A stretch of DNA of 63,408 nucleotides, filler included, from Nitrospinota bacterium (GCA_030620925.1; 8 parts of 8 records of this genome joined end to end with filler, not necessarily neighbours in it); one strand, 5' to 3'. Positions 1-11,695 are shown, counted from the first letter of the whole stretch. The notes: a model not told the origin generated them from the sequence alone. A program made the numbers and translations.

Positions 1-1466
1 ACGCAGACGACGTTTCTGGCCCCCTCGGCCACTGCTATTTTGCCTCCCTCAAAAGGGTCCAAATAGCAGTAGAGGCTGTTGCAATCCACGGTAATGGCAA
101 TGGCTTTGGTGGTTCCTTTTACGCGCACTACTACAGCGTCCGACCCCGGCAACACAGTGGTGTTGGTGCGCACCATATGATCGTACTGATTGTATACCCA
201 TTCCTTGCTGCATATGTTAAGAGAGGAGAGCAGCGTCAGCAGCACCCTGTTCATGTCGTAGGGCAGGGGGATGGTTTCCAGGTCCAACACCCCGGCCTTT
301 TTAAGATAAGAGGGCCGGCGCATGGGGCGATTGTATACGGGAGCGTCCGACACCAGGGATTGTACCGGCACTTCCGCCACCACCTTACCTTTATCTTTAA
401 CGGTCAACTTGCCGTCATTGGTCACTTTACCTATTTCCACGGCGTTGAGATCCCACTTCCGGAATATCTTTTTGACGCTGTCCGCCTGGCCTTTCTCCGC
501 CACCAGAAGCATGCGTTCCTGCGATTCTGAGAGCATGACTTCATAGGGTATCATCCCTTCCTCCCGGCGGGGTACCCTGGAGAGGTCGACTTCCATTCCC
601 ATCTCCGCGCGGCCCGACATTTCCAGGGTGGAACAGGTCAAACCCGCGGCACCCATATCCTGGATGCCCACTATGTTCTTCTTTTTCATGGCCTCCAGGC
701 AGGCTTCCAGGAGGAGCTTTTCCATGAAAGGGTCTCCCACTTGAACGGTGGGGCGACGCTCTTCAGATTTTTCGTCGAACTCTTCAGAAGCCATGGTGGC
801 GCCGTGGATGCCATCCCGCCCCGTGCTGGAACCGACATAGATCACCGGGTTCCCCTTACCCCTGGCGGCACCCGTAAAAATTCGACTGGTGCGCATTATT
901 CCCAGGTTGAACACGTTTACCAGGATGTTTCCCGTGTAGCAATCGTTGAAGTAGACCTCCCCGCCCACTGTAGGGACGCCCATACAGTTCCCATAACCGG
1001 CGATGCCCTCCGCCACCTTCTCCACCAGATACCTGGTGCGGGGATGGTCCGGAGAGCCGAAGCGCAGGGAGTTGAGAGAAGCTATGGGCCTCGCGCCCAT
1101 GGTGAAGATATCCCTCAGTATCCCCCCCACTCCGGTGGCCGCGCCCTGATAGGGTTCTATATAAGAAGGGTGGTTATGGCTCTCCATCTTGAAAGCCACT
1201 GCAAGTCCGTCCCCTATATCGACCACCCCCGAGTTTTCACCGGGACCGTACAAGACCCGCTCGCCGCTGCTGGGGAAAACGTCCAGGTGCACCCGTGAGC
1301 TCTTATAGCTGCAATGCTCGCTCCACATGACTGAGAAGATGCCCAGTTCCGTATAATTGGGCTCTCTGCCCAGAATTTCCAGTATCTTCTCATATTCCTC
1401 CGCCGAGAGTCCGTGGGCTTCGATGAGCTCTTTAGTTATTTTCGGTTCTTCCATGATATTCGACAT
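1..1466 (-). CDS. purL: Phosphoribosylformylglycinamidine synthase subunit PurL (3' end outside window)
   Basis: Hand translation of the minus strand gives [57 protein letters not shown], later ESHNHPS and [12 protein letters not shown]; follows purQ. Absent from the ORF track because there is no stop in the window. Confidence 0.95.
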   Translation of the reverse strand, partial: MSNIMEEPKITKELIEAHGLSAEEYEKILEILGREPNYTELGIFSVMWSEHCSYKSSRVHLDVFPSSGERVLYGPGENSGVVDIGDGLAVAFKMESHNHPSYIEPYQGAATGVGGILRDIFTMGARPIASLNSLRFGSPDHPRTRYLVEKVAEGIAGYGNCMGVPTVGGEVYFNDCYTGNILVNVFNLGIMRTSRIFTGAARGKGNPVIYVGSSTGRDGIHGATMASEEFDEKSEERRPTVQVGDPFMEKLLLEACLEAMKKKNIVGIQDMGAAGLTCSTLEMSGRAEMGMEVDLSRVPRREEGMIPYEVMLSESQERMLLVAEKGQADSVKKIFRKWDLNAVEIGKVTNDGKLTVKDKGKVVAEVPVQSLVSDAPVYNRPMRRPSYLKKAGVLDLETIPLPYDMNRVLLTLLSSLNICSKEWVYNQYDHMVRTNTTVLPGSDAVVVRVKGTTKAIAITVDCNSLYCYLDPFEGGKIAVAEGARNVVC

Positions 1467-1536
1467 AATAGATTCAAGAACTAAGTCTGATAAAATTTTA
1501 TCCGGTTTTCGATCAGTTATAGAAAAATTTTCCAGG

Positions 1537-2232
1537 TTATTTCACATTTACCTGTTCCAGGATGGATTCGAAGACGAGCCGGCCGTCGCTGGAGCCCAGG
1601 AACGATTCGGCGCACCGTTCGGGATGCGGCATCATTCCCAGGATGTTGCGTTCAGCGTTGCATATCCCCGCGATGTTATCCATTGACCCGTTGGGGTTGG
1701 CCTCCTGAGCGGTGTGGCCGTCTTCCAGGCAATAACGGAAAATTATCCGGTCCTCATCGCAGAGCTCCTGGAGCGTCTCAGCGGGTGCGTAATAGTTGCC
1801 GTCGTAGTGGGCCACGGGCATCTTCAACACCTGGCCGGGGCTGCCTTTACAGGTGAAGGGGGTGTCGGCAGTCTCCAGGCGCAGGTGCACGTATTTGCAC
1901 ACGAATTTGAGGCCCCGGTTGCGCAGCATGGCGCCGGGCAGCAGACCCGACTCCATCAATATCTGAAATCCGTTGCAAATCCCCAGCACCAGACCTCCTC
2001 GATCGGCAAATGTCTTCACCTCGCGCATAATAGGGGAATGGTGCGCCATGGCCCCCGCCCTCAAGTAATCGCCGTAAGAGAAACCGCCGGGGACTATCAC
2101 GCAGTCCATACCCTTGAGAGAGGTCTCCTTATGCCACACGAAGCGGGCGTTCTTCCGGAACACATGTTTGACCACATGGTAGCAATCGTGATCGCAGTTT
2201 GAACCCGGAAATATTATGACGCCGAATTTCAT
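1537..2232 (-). CDS. purQ: FGAM synthase glutaminase subunit PurQ
   Basis: [27 protein letters not shown] and GMMPHPER motifs. Confidence 0.97.
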   Translation of the reverse strand: MKFGVIIFPGSNCDHDCYHVVKHVFRKNARFVWHKETSLKGMDCVIVPGGFSYGDYLRAGAMAHHSPIMREVKTFADRGGLVLGICNGFQILMESGLLPGAMLRNRGLKFVCKYVHLRLETADTPFTCKGSPGQVLKMPVAHYDGNYYAPAETLQELCDEDRIIFRYCLEDGHTAQEANPNGSMDNIAGICNAERNILGMMPHPERCAESFLGSSDGRLVFESILEQVNVK

Positions 2233-2239
2233 TGCCCTC

Positions 2240-2482
2240 TCATTCCATCTCGTACCGGTAATCTTCGATTATGGGGTTGGCCAGGAGTTTCTCGCACATG
2301 CCGGTAAGCTCCTTCTCGAGCTTGTCCTTATCGGCCCCCCTCAATTTCACCTCTATGTATTTGCCCATCCTGACTTCCTCTACACCGCTGAAACCCAGGG
2401 AGTCAAGCGATTCTTTGACCGCCCTTCCCTGCGGGTCCAGGATTCCTTTCTTCAACGTAACGTATACTTTCGCCACAGACAT
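2240..2482 (-). CDS. purS: FGAM synthase subunit PurS
   Basis: [12 protein letters not shown]...[10 protein letters not shown]; start placed at the internal ATG (MSVAKVY) to avoid overlap with purB. Confidence 0.95.
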   Translation of the reverse strand: MSVAKVYVTLKKGILDPQGRAVKESLDSLGFSGVEEVRMGKYIEVKLRGADKDKLEKELTGMCEKLLANPIIEDYRYEME

Positions 2483-2513
2483 AAAAAATCCCTCGTGGGT
2501 TATGGTTTGTAAG

Positions 2514-3809
2514 CTATGCCTCGAATACCCTTCGGAAGATGTCATCCACGTATCGGAGCTGATGCTCGAGGTCGAAACATTTGTGTCTTTCTTCTTCGCT
2601 CAGGTGTCGGGTTATGCGGTTGTCGCCGGCTATGAGCTCTCTGAAATCGAGCCCTTCTTTCCAGGCGCGCATGGCGTTATCCTGCACCATGCTGTAGGCT
2701 TCCTCGCGGGATACCCCCTCCTCCACCAGCGCCAGGAGCAGTCTCTGGGAATAGATCAGGCCGCGGGTGCGCTCAAGGTTCTCCATCATGCGCCGGGGGT
2801 AGACCTGGAGCTTTTCCACGTTATCGGCCAGACGGTTAAGCATGTAGTCCACCAGTATGGTGCTGTCGGGTATGATGACCCGTTCCACGGAGGAGTGGCT
2901 GATGTCCCTTTCGTGCCAGAGCGGGATATTCTCCATGGCGGCCATTGCGTTTGCGCGCACCACTCTGGCCAGCCCCGATATCTGTTCCATGGAAATGGGG
3001 TTCCGTTTGTGGGGCATGGCGGAGGAACCCTTCTGCCCCTCGGAGAAGAACTCTTCGGCCTCCAGCACTTCGGTGCGCTGGAGATGCCTTATCTCCACGG
3101 CGAACTTGTCCATGGAACTGGCGGTTATGGCCAGGGCGGCCATATATTCGGCGTGTCGATCCCGCTGTATTATCTGGGAGGATGCCGGAGCCGGCTTCAG
3201 GCCCAGCCGGGCGCAGACTTTTTCTTCCACCTGCGGCGGCAGGTGGGCGAAGGTGCCCACTGCGCCTGATATTTTTCCGTATGATATGTTTTCTCCGGCG
3301 CGCACCAGACGTTCGCGGTTGCGCTCCATCTCCTGATACCAGAGGGCCATTTTGAGGCCGAAGGTGATGGGCTCGGCGTGGATGCCATGGGTGCGGCCTA
3401 TCATGGGTGTATGCTTGTGTTCCAGGGCCTTGTCTTTGATGGCGTTCAGCGTGCGGTCCAGGCCTTCGAGTATTATGTCCGCCGCCTCGCGCATCTGGAG
3501 GGCCAGGGCGGTGTCCAGGACGTCCGAGGAGGTCATGCCCATGTGGATATACTTGGCCGCCTCGCCTACGTTCTCGCCCACGTTGGTGAGGAAAGCCACC
3601 ACGTCGTGTTTGACCTCTTTTTCTATCTCTTCCACCCGGGCCGGATCGAATGCTGCCTTCCGGACGATCTCCTTCGCCGCCTCCTCAGGCACCAGACCCA
3701 ACTCGGCCATTCCCTCACAGGCGGCCAGCTCCACCTCCAACCACTTGTTCAAACGGTTTTCGGTCGACCAGACAGCCCCCATGCGCGGCCTTGTGTAGCG
3801 CGGAATCAC
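2514..3809 (-). CDS. purB: Adenylosuccinate lyase
   Basis: MIPRYTR start, HMGMTSSD, GRTHGIHAEP, signature GSSAMPHKRNP. Confidence 0.97.
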   Translation of the reverse strand: MIPRYTRPRMGAVWSTENRLNKWLEVELAACEGMAELGLVPEEAAKEIVRKAAFDPARVEEIEKEVKHDVVAFLTNVGENVGEAAKYIHMGMTSSDVLDTALALQMREAADIILEGLDRTLNAIKDKALEHKHTPMIGRTHGIHAEPITFGLKMALWYQEMERNRERLVRAGENISYGKISGAVGTFAHLPPQVEEKVCARLGLKPAPASSQIIQRDRHAEYMAALAITASSMDKFAVEIRHLQRTEVLEAEEFFSEGQKGSSAMPHKRNPISMEQISGLARVVRANAMAAMENIPLWHERDISHSSVERVIIPDSTILVDYMLNRLADNVEKLQVYPRRMMENLERTRGLIYSQRLLLALVEEGVSREEAYSMVQDNAMRAWKEGLDFRELIAGDNRITRHLSEEERHKCFDLEHQLRYVDDIFRRVFEA

Positions 3810-3840
3810 AGTCTATCTCCCGGCGGAGTCGTAGTTACGT

Positions 3841-4638
3841 TCACAGATAAACCGCCTCACTTATCCTATCCTGATAGGTGAGCCCCAGGGATGTCTCATA
3901 CCCCTGCAACGCGCCCTCGGCTTTCAGGAGGGCCAGCTCAGGATGGTTGTTATGCTGGCTCATATGGGCCAGGAACACGTGGCGAAGGTCCGCATGGACC
4001 AGATGGCGCAACAATTTTGCGGATTCTTCGTTGGACAGGTGCCCCAGCCTGCTTTTAATGCGCTGTTTCACGCTCCAGGGGTAGGGCCCTTCGATCAGCA
4101 TGCCCGGGTCGTGGTTGAATTCCAGGATGAGGAGGTCGCTCCCTGCGGTCTTTTCCCTCACCAGGTGAGTTGTAGAACCCAAATCAGTCACCGTGCTTAT
4201 CTTCCGTTCCCTCCATTTCAACACGAGCCCCACGGGGTTCTGCGCGTCGTGGGGAAGCGAAAAGGGTTCCACTCGCAGGTCGTTAATATAGAAACCTGTG
4301 CCTGGCTGAAAGAAATCGATCCGCTCCAGCTTTCCCAGCGCAGGGCCGGCCGCTTCCAGGGTCATCCTGTCGAGGTATATGGGAACGCCGTATCTGCGTG
4401 AAAGGACTCCGGCCCCCTGCGCGTGGTCCGTATGCTCATGGGAGAGTATTATGGCGTCCAGCCGCTCCGGCCTCTCACCGATCAGCGCCATCCGCTCCTT
4501 CACGTCTATGCCCGTCAGGCCGGCGTCCAGCAATACCCGGGTATCACCGCATCCCACGAAGATGCAGTTTCCGCGGCTTCCGCTGCCCAGAACGCATATT
4601 TTAAGCTCGTTCTCTTTCAAATTCGCTGTCGTCTTCAA
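3841..4638 (-). CDS. MBL-fold metallo-hydrolase (YycJ/WalJ-like)
   Basis: LGSGSRGN, SHEHTDH, PHDA, E-NHD, GHLSN and LAHMSQHNN motifs; the true start may be slightly downstream. Confidence 0.85.
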   Translation of the reverse strand: MKTTANLKENELKICVLGSGSRGNCIFVGCGDTRVLLDAGLTGIDVKERMALIGERPERLDAIILSHEHTDHAQGAGVLSRRYGVPIYLDRMTLEAAGPALGKLERIDFFQPGTGFYINDLRVEPFSLPHDAQNPVGLVLKWRERKISTVTDLGSTTHLVREKTAGSDLLILEFNHDPGMLIEGPYPWSVKQRIKSRLGHLSNEESAKLLRHLVHADLRHVFLAHMSQHNNHPELALLKAEGALQGYETSLGLTYQDRISEAVYL

Positions 4639-5336
4639 AGAATTTTTTTATCCAGAAAGCTGAAGTATTGCCCGTTTCCCAGGACTATGTGGTCTATGAC
4701 TTTTATGCCCACCACCTCGCCGGTTTTCACCAGTCTTTGGGTCAGGTCCATATCTTCGCGGCTGGGGGAGGGATCGCCGCTGGGATGGTTGTGCACGAAA
4801 ATGATTCCGGCCGCCGATTCTTTGATGGCAGGATTAAAAACTTCCCGTGGATGCACTACGCTGGCGTTAAGGCTCCCTTCTGAGATGGTTACATCCTTTA
4901 TCACTCTGTTTTTGCTGTCCAGGAGCAGTGCTTTGAATATTTCCTTTTTGGCTCTGCCCAGTGTGGGATAATACTGATCGGCGACGTCCTTGCTGCTGTT
5001 GAATTTTCTCTCCGCATCGCCCGATTCCGAAAGCAGGCGTTTACCCGCTTCCAGGGCGGCTTTTAACTGCGCCGCCTTGGCGTTCCCGATGCCTTTCACC
5101 GAGCATATTTCGTTTATGCCGGCGGCGTCCAGCCCCTGAAAACCGTCGAACTTTTGTAAGACGGCACGGGCCAGGTCCAGGGCGGTACTTCCCGCTGCGG
5201 CGTCCCCGGTTCCCAATATGATAGCCACCACCTGGGCGTCGGAAAGGTTCTCAGGGCCGAATTTGATCAGCCGCTCCCGCGGCCTCTCGTCCACAGGCCA
5301 GCTTTTAATCGTTTGCGGGCAGTTATTTTTTCCCAT
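4635..5336 (-). CDS. radC: RadC / JAB-domain protein (UPF0758)
   Basis: ERPRERL N-terminus, HhH-like KGIGNAKA, VHPREVF, HNHPSGDPSPS, DHIV. Confidence 0.93.
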   Translation of the reverse strand: MGKNNCPQTIKSWPVDERPRERLIKFGPENLSDAQVVAIILGTGDAAAGSTALDLARAVLQKFDGFQGLDAAGINEICSVKGIGNAKAAQLKAALEAGKRLLSESGDAERKFNSSKDVADQYYPTLGRAKKEIFKALLLDSKNRVIKDVTISEGSLNASVVHPREVFNPAIKESAAGIIFVHNHPSGDPSPSREDMDLTQRLVKTGEVVGIKVIDHIVLGNGQYFSFLDKKIL

Positions 5337-5637
5337 GGGGACAGTTTCTATAAAACTCCATCAGGGGATGTGCCGCTTTTCAGCCGCACATACGACTGCC
5401 TTCTGCAATTGTAAAATAGGAGTAAACGGAACTGATCGAACGAGAGTAACAGGGTGCCGGCGTTTCATATTCTGACATAAAGAAAATATCCTTAATATCG
5501 TTACCTACCGGCGGCGGAATAACCTATATGATTCTCGTTAAATAAACATATCATAATAGCTTCGGGAAGGAAAGTTATAATCGGCCGCTGACCCTCAGAA
5601 ATGAGCATCCATTTTGAGACGACATCGATGCCGGGGT

Positions 5638-7770
5638 TTACAATTTATACAGCGCATCGGGGTTTACGGCGCGATATATATTTTTCCCAAGCCCCCCTAT
5701 GCCTACCAGCTCGATCTGAAAGTCAATGGTCGTTTCGTCCGCCCTGTCCACCAATCGCACCGTAAACCCCCAGCATTGTGATCTGTGATTCAATATGAGG
5801 CTGTTTTCCGTGATCTCTTCGTCCATGCGGAAATTGACCCTGGCGGCATACTCGAGATACCACTTTTTCCCGAGGTTCACACCTATTCCGGCCCGGATGT
5901 AGTCCGTTCTCGGGAGGCCTGCGGGCCGCCTGCCCCTTTTGAGCCTGGAATCGAACTCGAATTTGAGGTATCTGAGAAACCTGTAGTCCACTTCGAAGTT
6001 CATCGTTTCCAGACTGTCCTCCTCCAGGCTGTACAGACCGTCGAAGTTGATCCTCAGCGACGGAATTATCCAGGTCTCCACGTCGATGAAGATTTCCGAG
6101 AGCGGTTCGCTCCCCTCGACTCGATTTCGCTCCTCCTTAATATCGTAGCTCTGACCCAGGGTGATGCGCGCCAGCTCTCTGACCCGCTTCGTTCCCCCCT
6201 CGCCCACCTCCCGGGCCACGAATCGGTTGGTGAGGGCATAGGACAGCACGTTGGAGGCGCTGAAATCGTCCACTTCGTCGAAATTCAGGAGGCGCCCTTC
6301 GACTTCTCCGTCGTTATCGCTGATATAGGTGTAGGTGATCACAGGTTCGACGATGTGTACTATGCGGTCTATCTGCCCCAGTTTAAGGTTGAAGACCTTA
6401 TAAAACCGGGGCGCCTCCAGCACGGATTGAGAGAAGAACAGCTCCCGGCTCAAGGGACTCTCGTTGTCTATCTGTTCGCTGTATACCGTTTCCCTGAACC
6501 CCACGCTCTGTGTGAAATCCCACCAGGAGAGCGAGTTGATGGGCAGCGTCAGCCGGGGGAAGAAGTCCAGGCGGGAGAGGTTCATTCTGTTCCCTCCGGG
6601 GAATTCTTCTATGAAATTACTGCCCGTAACTGTCAGGTCGTAATAGAGAGGAGTGGTGAGGAGGCGTTCCCTGACGTTGAAGAAGGTTAGCTCAGGCAAG
6701 GAAGCGAATGAAGGCGTTTCTAGTTCCATGGTGCTTTTGAAAAACCGGTTCTCCATCTGGAGCGCCCTGTGCTCCCAGTTTTTTCTTGCGTAGAGGAAGG
6801 AATCGGTGCGTACCTTGGCCCTTTGTTCCGGGTCTACTTCGAAGGTCCTGGAGGGGCTCACCGCGCTTTCCAGGTCGATCTTCGCCTCGCTGACCACATC
6901 GTACTTGAAGCGCTGATAATGGTTCCCGCGCACCCTGTAGAAAGTGGTGTCGTTCACCCTGTCGTCGAGCAGGGAGCCGAATATCTTCCCATGGGCGTTT
7001 CTGGAAATTATGTAGCGGTACTCCAGGTTCGGCCGAAGACCCCTTTTGCTCAGGTAATCCAGGCCCAGGGTAGCGTCCGATTGTTGGTTAATGGCCCAGA
7101 AGAACCTGTTTTCCATAGTGAAACCGTCCAGGCTGGATATGCCCAGGGTGGGGAACAGGAAACCGGTGGACCTCTCGGTCTTGGTGGGCACCACTGCTAT
7201 GGGCAGCAATACCACGGGCAGCCCCTTCACCAGGAAGGAGACCCTGCGGAGAACGGCGAACTTTTCCACATGGAAGATGCCCTCCTTGAATTTGAATGAC
7301 CAGGTGGGGTTATCGCATCGGCAGGTGGTGATGGAAGCTTCCTCGAACCTGTACGCCGTCTGGCTTATCCGCTCGACTTTTTTACCGGTTATGAAATAGG
7401 CCCCGCCGATGTACCCTTCAGCATCGTAGAAGACCCCCAGGGTGGTATTTACGTTGAAGTCCATGCGCTGGGCGAATATCCTGTTATCTTCGTATTCGAA
7501 GACTACGTTGCCTCTGGCCTGGAGGTCTCCCCCCGCCATCCGGTATTCCATGTAGTCCGCCGACAGAAATATGTCGCCGTAGTAGACGCGAGCTGAGCCT
7601 TTTGCAGTTGTTATTCCGTTTTTTTGATCAGAGACCACCTCGTCGGCGTAGATTTCAATGGGCAGCTCAGCATCGCGCACTGTGGAAGCAGTTGCGAAAA
7701 TAGAGGCCGATGGAATGAGCGCTAAACAGAGGACCGTTGATATCAGGACGGTTTTAAACTTTCTCATCAA
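5638..7770 (-). CDS. lptD: LPS assembly outer-membrane protein LptD
   Basis: Signal peptide, OstA-like N-domain with TTC, RSTGFLFP, alternating beta-barrel pattern, SQCWGF near the C-terminus; follows folC. Confidence 0.85.
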   Translation of the reverse strand: MMRKFKTVLISTVLCLALIPSASIFATASTVRDAELPIEIYADEVVSDQKNGITTAKGSARVYYGDIFLSADYMEYRMAGGDLQARGNVVFEYEDNRIFAQRMDFNVNTTLGVFYDAEGYIGGAYFITGKKVERISQTAYRFEEASITTCRCDNPTWSFKFKEGIFHVEKFAVLRRVSFLVKGLPVVLLPIAVVPTKTERSTGFLFPTLGISSLDGFTMENRFFWAINQQSDATLGLDYLSKRGLRPNLEYRYIISRNAHGKIFGSLLDDRVNDTTFYRVRGNHYQRFKYDVVSEAKIDLESAVSPSRTFEVDPEQRAKVRTDSFLYARKNWEHRALQMENRFFKSTMELETPSFASLPELTFFNVRERLLTTPLYYDLTVTGSNFIEEFPGGNRMNLSRLDFFPRLTLPINSLSWWDFTQSVGFRETVYSEQIDNESPLSRELFFSQSVLEAPRFYKVFNLKLGQIDRIVHIVEPVITYTYISDNDGEVEGRLLNFDEVDDFSASNVLSYALTNRFVAREVGEGGTKRVRELARITLGQSYDIKEERNRVEGSEPLSEIFIDVETWIIPSLRINFDGLYSLEEDSLETMNFEVDYRFLRYLKFEFDSRLKRGRRPAGLPRTDYIRAGIGVNLGKKWYLEYAARVNFRMDEEITENSLILNHRSQCWGFTVRLVDRADETTIDFQIELVGIGGLGKNIYRAVNPDALYKL

Positions 7771-7891
7771 GTTACCCGGGTCTCGATCATCGTAACAGGA
7801 AGGTGTCCGGTCGGGAATTCTAATCGTAATCTCACTCTAATTGGTTCGCAGAACGTATGGCCAGCCTTCGCCCCTGGCTGGTTATCATACA

Positions 7892-9202
7892 TCATGCGTT
7901 ATGGAATCTTAAACATCCCCTGGCCTCGCCCACGGTGAACAGCGATCCTGTGACCAGTATAACGTCTTCCCGGCAAGCCCCTTCCAGGGCGGCGTCCAGG
8001 GCCTGGGGCACGGTCTCGGCGGTGACCGCTTCTTTGCCAAAATGAGAGACCAGCTCCTTCAAGGTGTCGATGTCCGCGGACCGTTTCATATCCGGCCTGG
8101 TGAGGACTACCCGGGAGGCTATGGGAAGCAGCTCAGCCAGTATACCAGACAAGTCTTTGTCTCCCATGGCCCCGAAGACCAGCACCGGCCCGGCGCAAGG
8201 AAACAACTCTTTCACCGCCTTGGCCAGAACAGCGGCCGCGGCCGGATTATGGGCGCCATCCAGGATAACGTAAGGTTCAGCGGATACCACTTCCAGCCGT
8301 CCGGGCCATCGGGCGTTCCGGAGCCCGGCCCTCAGCTCTTCCTCCTTCATCCGCAGACCGCTCCCTTCGAGTCTCAGGCAGGAAGCCGCCGCCAGGGCGG
8401 CGTTGCGAACCTGGTGTTCCCCCAGGAGCCGGATGCGGAGCCCGTTGAACCCTCGGCCCCTTTCGCTATAGTCGAAGGTCTGGCCGCTTAACCCGGTCTC
8501 CCTCCGTTCCCACCGGTAGTCCTTCCCTCCCACCGTGAGGGGGGAGCCGCACCGCCCGGCCGCGGATTCTATCACCGCCAGGGCCTCCGCCTTCTGATGT
8601 GAAGTGACCACGGGCACACCCTTCTTGATGATCCCGCTCTTCTCTCCGGCTATCTGTTTCAGGGTGTTACCCAGGCGGTCGGTATGATCGTAACCTATAT
8701 CGGTGATTATTGATAGTAGCGGGTTTACGACGTTCGTGGAGTCCAGCCTTCCGCCCAGGCCCACTTCCATCAGCGCGTAGTCCACCTCCTGGTCGACGAA
8801 ATAGGAGTAGGCCATGGCGGTGACGAACTCGAAGAAGGTGACGCAGCCGGAGGGAGAGAAATCAGCCGCGTTCGAGCCCAGCACAGCCCTTATCTGCTCG
8901 CAATAGCGGGCCACTTCTTCCCGGGAAATGTACTCATCGTTTATGCGGATGCGTTCTCTGAAATCTTCCAGATGGGGCGAGGTGAAGAGCCCCGCCCTGT
9001 ATCCATGACATTTGAGCACGGATTGGATGAGGGCGGCCACAGAACCTTTGCCGTTCGTCCCCGCGATGTGTATCACGGGCACCTTGGTTTGCGGCTCATC
9101 CAGTGCGCGCAACAGGTTTCTGATATTGGATAGACCCAGTTTTATACCGAACCTGTGCAGCGAATAAAGGTAACGTAAAGCGGCTTGGTATTCGTGAGAC
9201 AC
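7892..9202 (-). CDS. folC: Bifunctional folylpolyglutamate/dihydrofolate synthase
   Basis: HIAGTNGKGS, FTSPHL, EVGLGGRLDSTN, WPGRLE, LDGAHNP, GSLFTVGE. Confidence 0.96.
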   Translation of the reverse strand: MSHEYQAALRYLYSLHRFGIKLGLSNIRNLLRALDEPQTKVPVIHIAGTNGKGSVAALIQSVLKCHGYRAGLFTSPHLEDFRERIRINDEYISREEVARYCEQIRAVLGSNAADFSPSGCVTFFEFVTAMAYSYFVDQEVDYALMEVGLGGRLDSTNVVNPLLSIITDIGYDHTDRLGNTLKQIAGEKSGIIKKGVPVVTSHQKAEALAVIESAAGRCGSPLTVGGKDYRWERRETGLSGQTFDYSERGRGFNGLRIRLLGEHQVRNAALAAASCLRLEGSGLRMKEEELRAGLRNARWPGRLEVVSAEPYVILDGAHNPAAAAVLAKAVKELFPCAGPVLVFGAMGDKDLSGILAELLPIASRVVLTRPDMKRSADIDTLKELVSHFGKEAVTAETVPQALDAALEGACREDVILVTGSLFTVGEARGCLRFHNA

Positions 9203-9212
9203 GAAATTCTCT

Positions 9213-10055
9213 TCAAGCTAACATTTGAAGCACTTGGCAGATGGTATTTTTCATGTTTTTGCGCTCCACCACCATATCCAGCATCCCGTGCTCCAGTAAG
9301 AACTCGGTCCTCTGAAAGCCTTCGGGGAGGCTCTGCCTGATGGTTTGTTCTATAACCCTGGGGCCCGCAAACCCGATAAGGGCTCCAGGCTCAGCCATTA
9401 TAACATCTCCCAGCATGGCGATGGAAGCGGTAACACCGCCGGTGGTTGGATTGGTGAGGACGGATACGTAGGGCACACCCGCCTTGGACAGCCGGGCCAG
9501 AGCGGCGCTGGTCTTTGCCATCTGCATCAGGGAGAACATGCCTTCCTGCATCCTGGCCCCTCCGGAACAGTGCACGATCACCAGGGATCTGGTTTTTTCC
9601 AGGGAGCGTTCGATGGCACGGGTAACTTTTTCACCCACCACTGAGGCCATGCTCCCTCCCATAAAGTCGAACTCGAATACGCATAATTCCAGGGGGACGC
9701 CTTCCAGCTCACCCTGACCGCAGATGACCGCCTCTTTCAACCCCGTCTTTTTCATGGCCGCCTTGATGCGATCGGGGTATCTCATGGAGTCGTTGAAATT
9801 CAGGGGGTCCAACGCGGCAAGCCCTGAGTCCATCTCCTCAAAAGTGCCCTGGTCCATGAGTTGCGCTATCCTTTCCCGGGCGCTTATGCGGAAGTGGTAA
9901 TTGCATTTGGGGCAAACGTTCGACCGGCGCTCCACCTCCTTCTTGTATACGATCTCCTTGCACCCTTCGCACTTTATCCAGAGCCCTTCCGGTATACGGA
10001 CCTTTTTGTCGCCCACCCGGGCGAGAGGACCCTTTATCTTCTGAAACCAGGACAT
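9213..10055 (-). CDS. accD: Acetyl-CoA carboxylase carboxyltransferase beta subunit
   Basis: N-terminal zinc finger (CEGC...CPKC), [35 protein letters not shown]. Confidence 0.97.
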   Translation of the reverse strand: MSWFQKIKGPLARVGDKKVRIPEGLWIKCEGCKEIVYKKEVERRSNVCPKCNYHFRISARERIAQLMDQGTFEEMDSGLAALDPLNFNDSMRYPDRIKAAMKKTGLKEAVICGQGELEGVPLELCVFEFDFMGGSMASVVGEKVTRAIERSLEKTRSLVIVHCSGGARMQEGMFSLMQMAKTSAALARLSKAGVPYVSVLTNPTTGGVTASIAMLGDVIMAEPGALIGFAGPRVIEQTIRQSLPEGFQRTEFLLEHGMLDMVVERKNMKNTICQVLQMLA

Positions 10056-10086
10056 GACATCACCATCTTTATGTTTGCCGGTTGAC

Positions 10087-11079
10087 TTATTTTTTGATCC
10101 ACCGCATCATTCCGCGTAGTTTCTCTCCCACCTGTTCGATAAGATGTTCTTCATCCTTCTTGGTGAGAGCGTCGAATACCTCGCGCCGGTTCTCGTTTTC
10201 CTGAATCCACTCCCTGGCGAACTTTCCGGATTGAACCTCGGCCAGGATATTTTTCATCTCCCCGCGGACTTTCTCGTTAATAACCCTCCGGCCGCGGGTA
10301 ATATCCCCGAACTGGGCGGTGTCGCTTACGGAGAAACGCATATATTTTATCCCGCCCTCGTACATGAGGTCCACGATGAGCTTGAGTTCGTGCATGCATT
10401 CGAAATAGGCTATCTCAGGCTGGTAACCGGCCTCTACCAGAGTATCGAAGCCCGCTCGCACCAGTTCGCTCAAGCCGCCGCAGAGCACCACCTGTTCCCC
10501 GAAGAGGTCCGTTTCCGTCTCCTCTTTGAAAGTGGTCTCAATGACCCCCGCCCTGGTCCCCCCCAGGCCCCTGGCATAGGCCAGGGCGATGTCCTTGGCC
10601 TTTCCCGTAGCGTCCTGATGCAGGGCCAGCAGGCAGGGCACGCCGCCTCCCTCATTATATACACGCCTGACAAGATGGCCGGGCCCCTTGGGGGCCACCA
10701 TGAAAACGTCCACGTCAGCGGGGGGTACGATCTGATCGAAGTGTATGTTGAAGCCGTGGGCGAAAGCCAGGGCTTTTCCCGCTTCCAGTCCGCCGACGAT
10801 TTCTTCATCGTAAGCCTTCTTCTGCTTCTCGTCGGGGACGAGTATCATTATTATGTCGCCCGCTTGTGCCGCCTGCGCGGTGTCCAGAACCTGATGGCCG
10901 TCTTTTTCCGCGATCTCCCTCGATGCGCTGTCCGGTCGGAGCCCCACCACCACGTCAAGCCCGCTGTCTTTGAGGTTGCCCGCGTGAGCGTGTCCCTGGC
11001 TGCCGTAACCGATAACGGCTATTTTTTTCCCCGTCAATATGTCTAGATCGACGTCCTCGTCGTAGTAGATATTAGCCAT
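10087..11079 (-). CDS. ilvC: Ketol-acid reductoisomerase
   Basis: [28 protein letters not shown]. Confidence 0.97.
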   Translation of the reverse strand: MANIYYDEDVDLDILTGKKIAVIGYGSQGHAHAGNLKDSGLDVVVGLRPDSASREIAEKDGHQVLDTAQAAQAGDIIMILVPDEKQKKAYDEEIVGGLEAGKALAFAHGFNIHFDQIVPPADVDVFMVAPKGPGHLVRRVYNEGGGVPCLLALHQDATGKAKDIALAYARGLGGTRAGVIETTFKEETETDLFGEQVVLCGGLSELVRAGFDTLVEAGYQPEIAYFECMHELKLIVDLMYEGGIKYMRFSVSDTAQFGDITRGRRVINEKVRGEMKNILAEVQSGKFAREWIQENENRREVFDALTKKDEEHLIEQVGEKLRGMMRWIKK

Positions 11080-11148
11080 CCGCTGTTCTCCATCAAGTGG
11101 GGGGGGAATAAAGCCTCAACGCAAAAGCCTTATTCCGGGTGAAACGGA

Positions 11149-11676
11149 TCAGGGTTTTACTCTGCCCGGTTTAAGCGTCCTGGGCCCTTTGGAGATGGCC
11201 ACCCTGCCCGTGCGGGCTATTTCTAATATGCCGAAAGAAGTCATGAGGTCGATAAACGCTTCTATTTTCCCTTCCTCTCCCGTCACCTCTATGGTGCAGG
11301 TCCTTGCGCTGGCGTCGATGATATTACCCTTAAAAACGTCGGCGGCCCGTATGAGATCGGCACGAACAGAAGCATCACCGCGCACCTTGACCAGGACCAT
11401 CTCTCGATTTACGTGGTTTTCCCGGCTGGTATCCACCACCTTGATGACATCGATGAGCTTGTTGAGCTGTTTGTATATCTGCTCCAGTATCTCCTCGCTT
11501 CCGTCGGTGACCAGGGTAACACGCGAAAGCGTGGGGTCCTCGGTGGGAGCCACGGAGAGGCTCTCTATGTTGTAGCCCCGGCCGCTGAAAAGACTGGCTA
11601 CCCGGGATAACACCCCGAACTTGTTCTGCACAAGGATGGAGAGTGTCCGTCGTCTTTGATTAGTTTTTTCGTTCAT
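11149..11676 (-). CDS. ilvN: Acetolactate synthase small (regulatory) subunit
   Basis: ACT domain with NKFGVLSRV..FSGRGYNIESL, QLNKLIDVIKV, ARTG. Confidence 0.95.
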   Translation of the reverse strand: MNEKTNQRRRTLSILVQNKFGVLSRVASLFSGRGYNIESLSVAPTEDPTLSRVTLVTDGSEEILEQIYKQLNKLIDVIKVVDTSRENHVNREMVLVKVRGDASVRADLIRAADVFKGNIIDASARTCTIEVTGEEGKIEAFIDLMTSFGILEIARTGRVAISKGPRTLKPGRVKP

Positions 11677-11695
11677 CCGTGTCGGCTAAACCTTT

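Noticed and set aside
4635-5336. radC as a marker of a mobile element
   Set aside because: Full-length chromosomal form with the HhH region, overlapping the next housekeeping gene, with no mobile genes nearby.
5337-5637. Possible ncRNA/riboswitch in the 300-bp lptD-radC gap
   Set aside because: No recognisable conserved RNA motif or convincing structure by eye; an Rfam scan would be needed.
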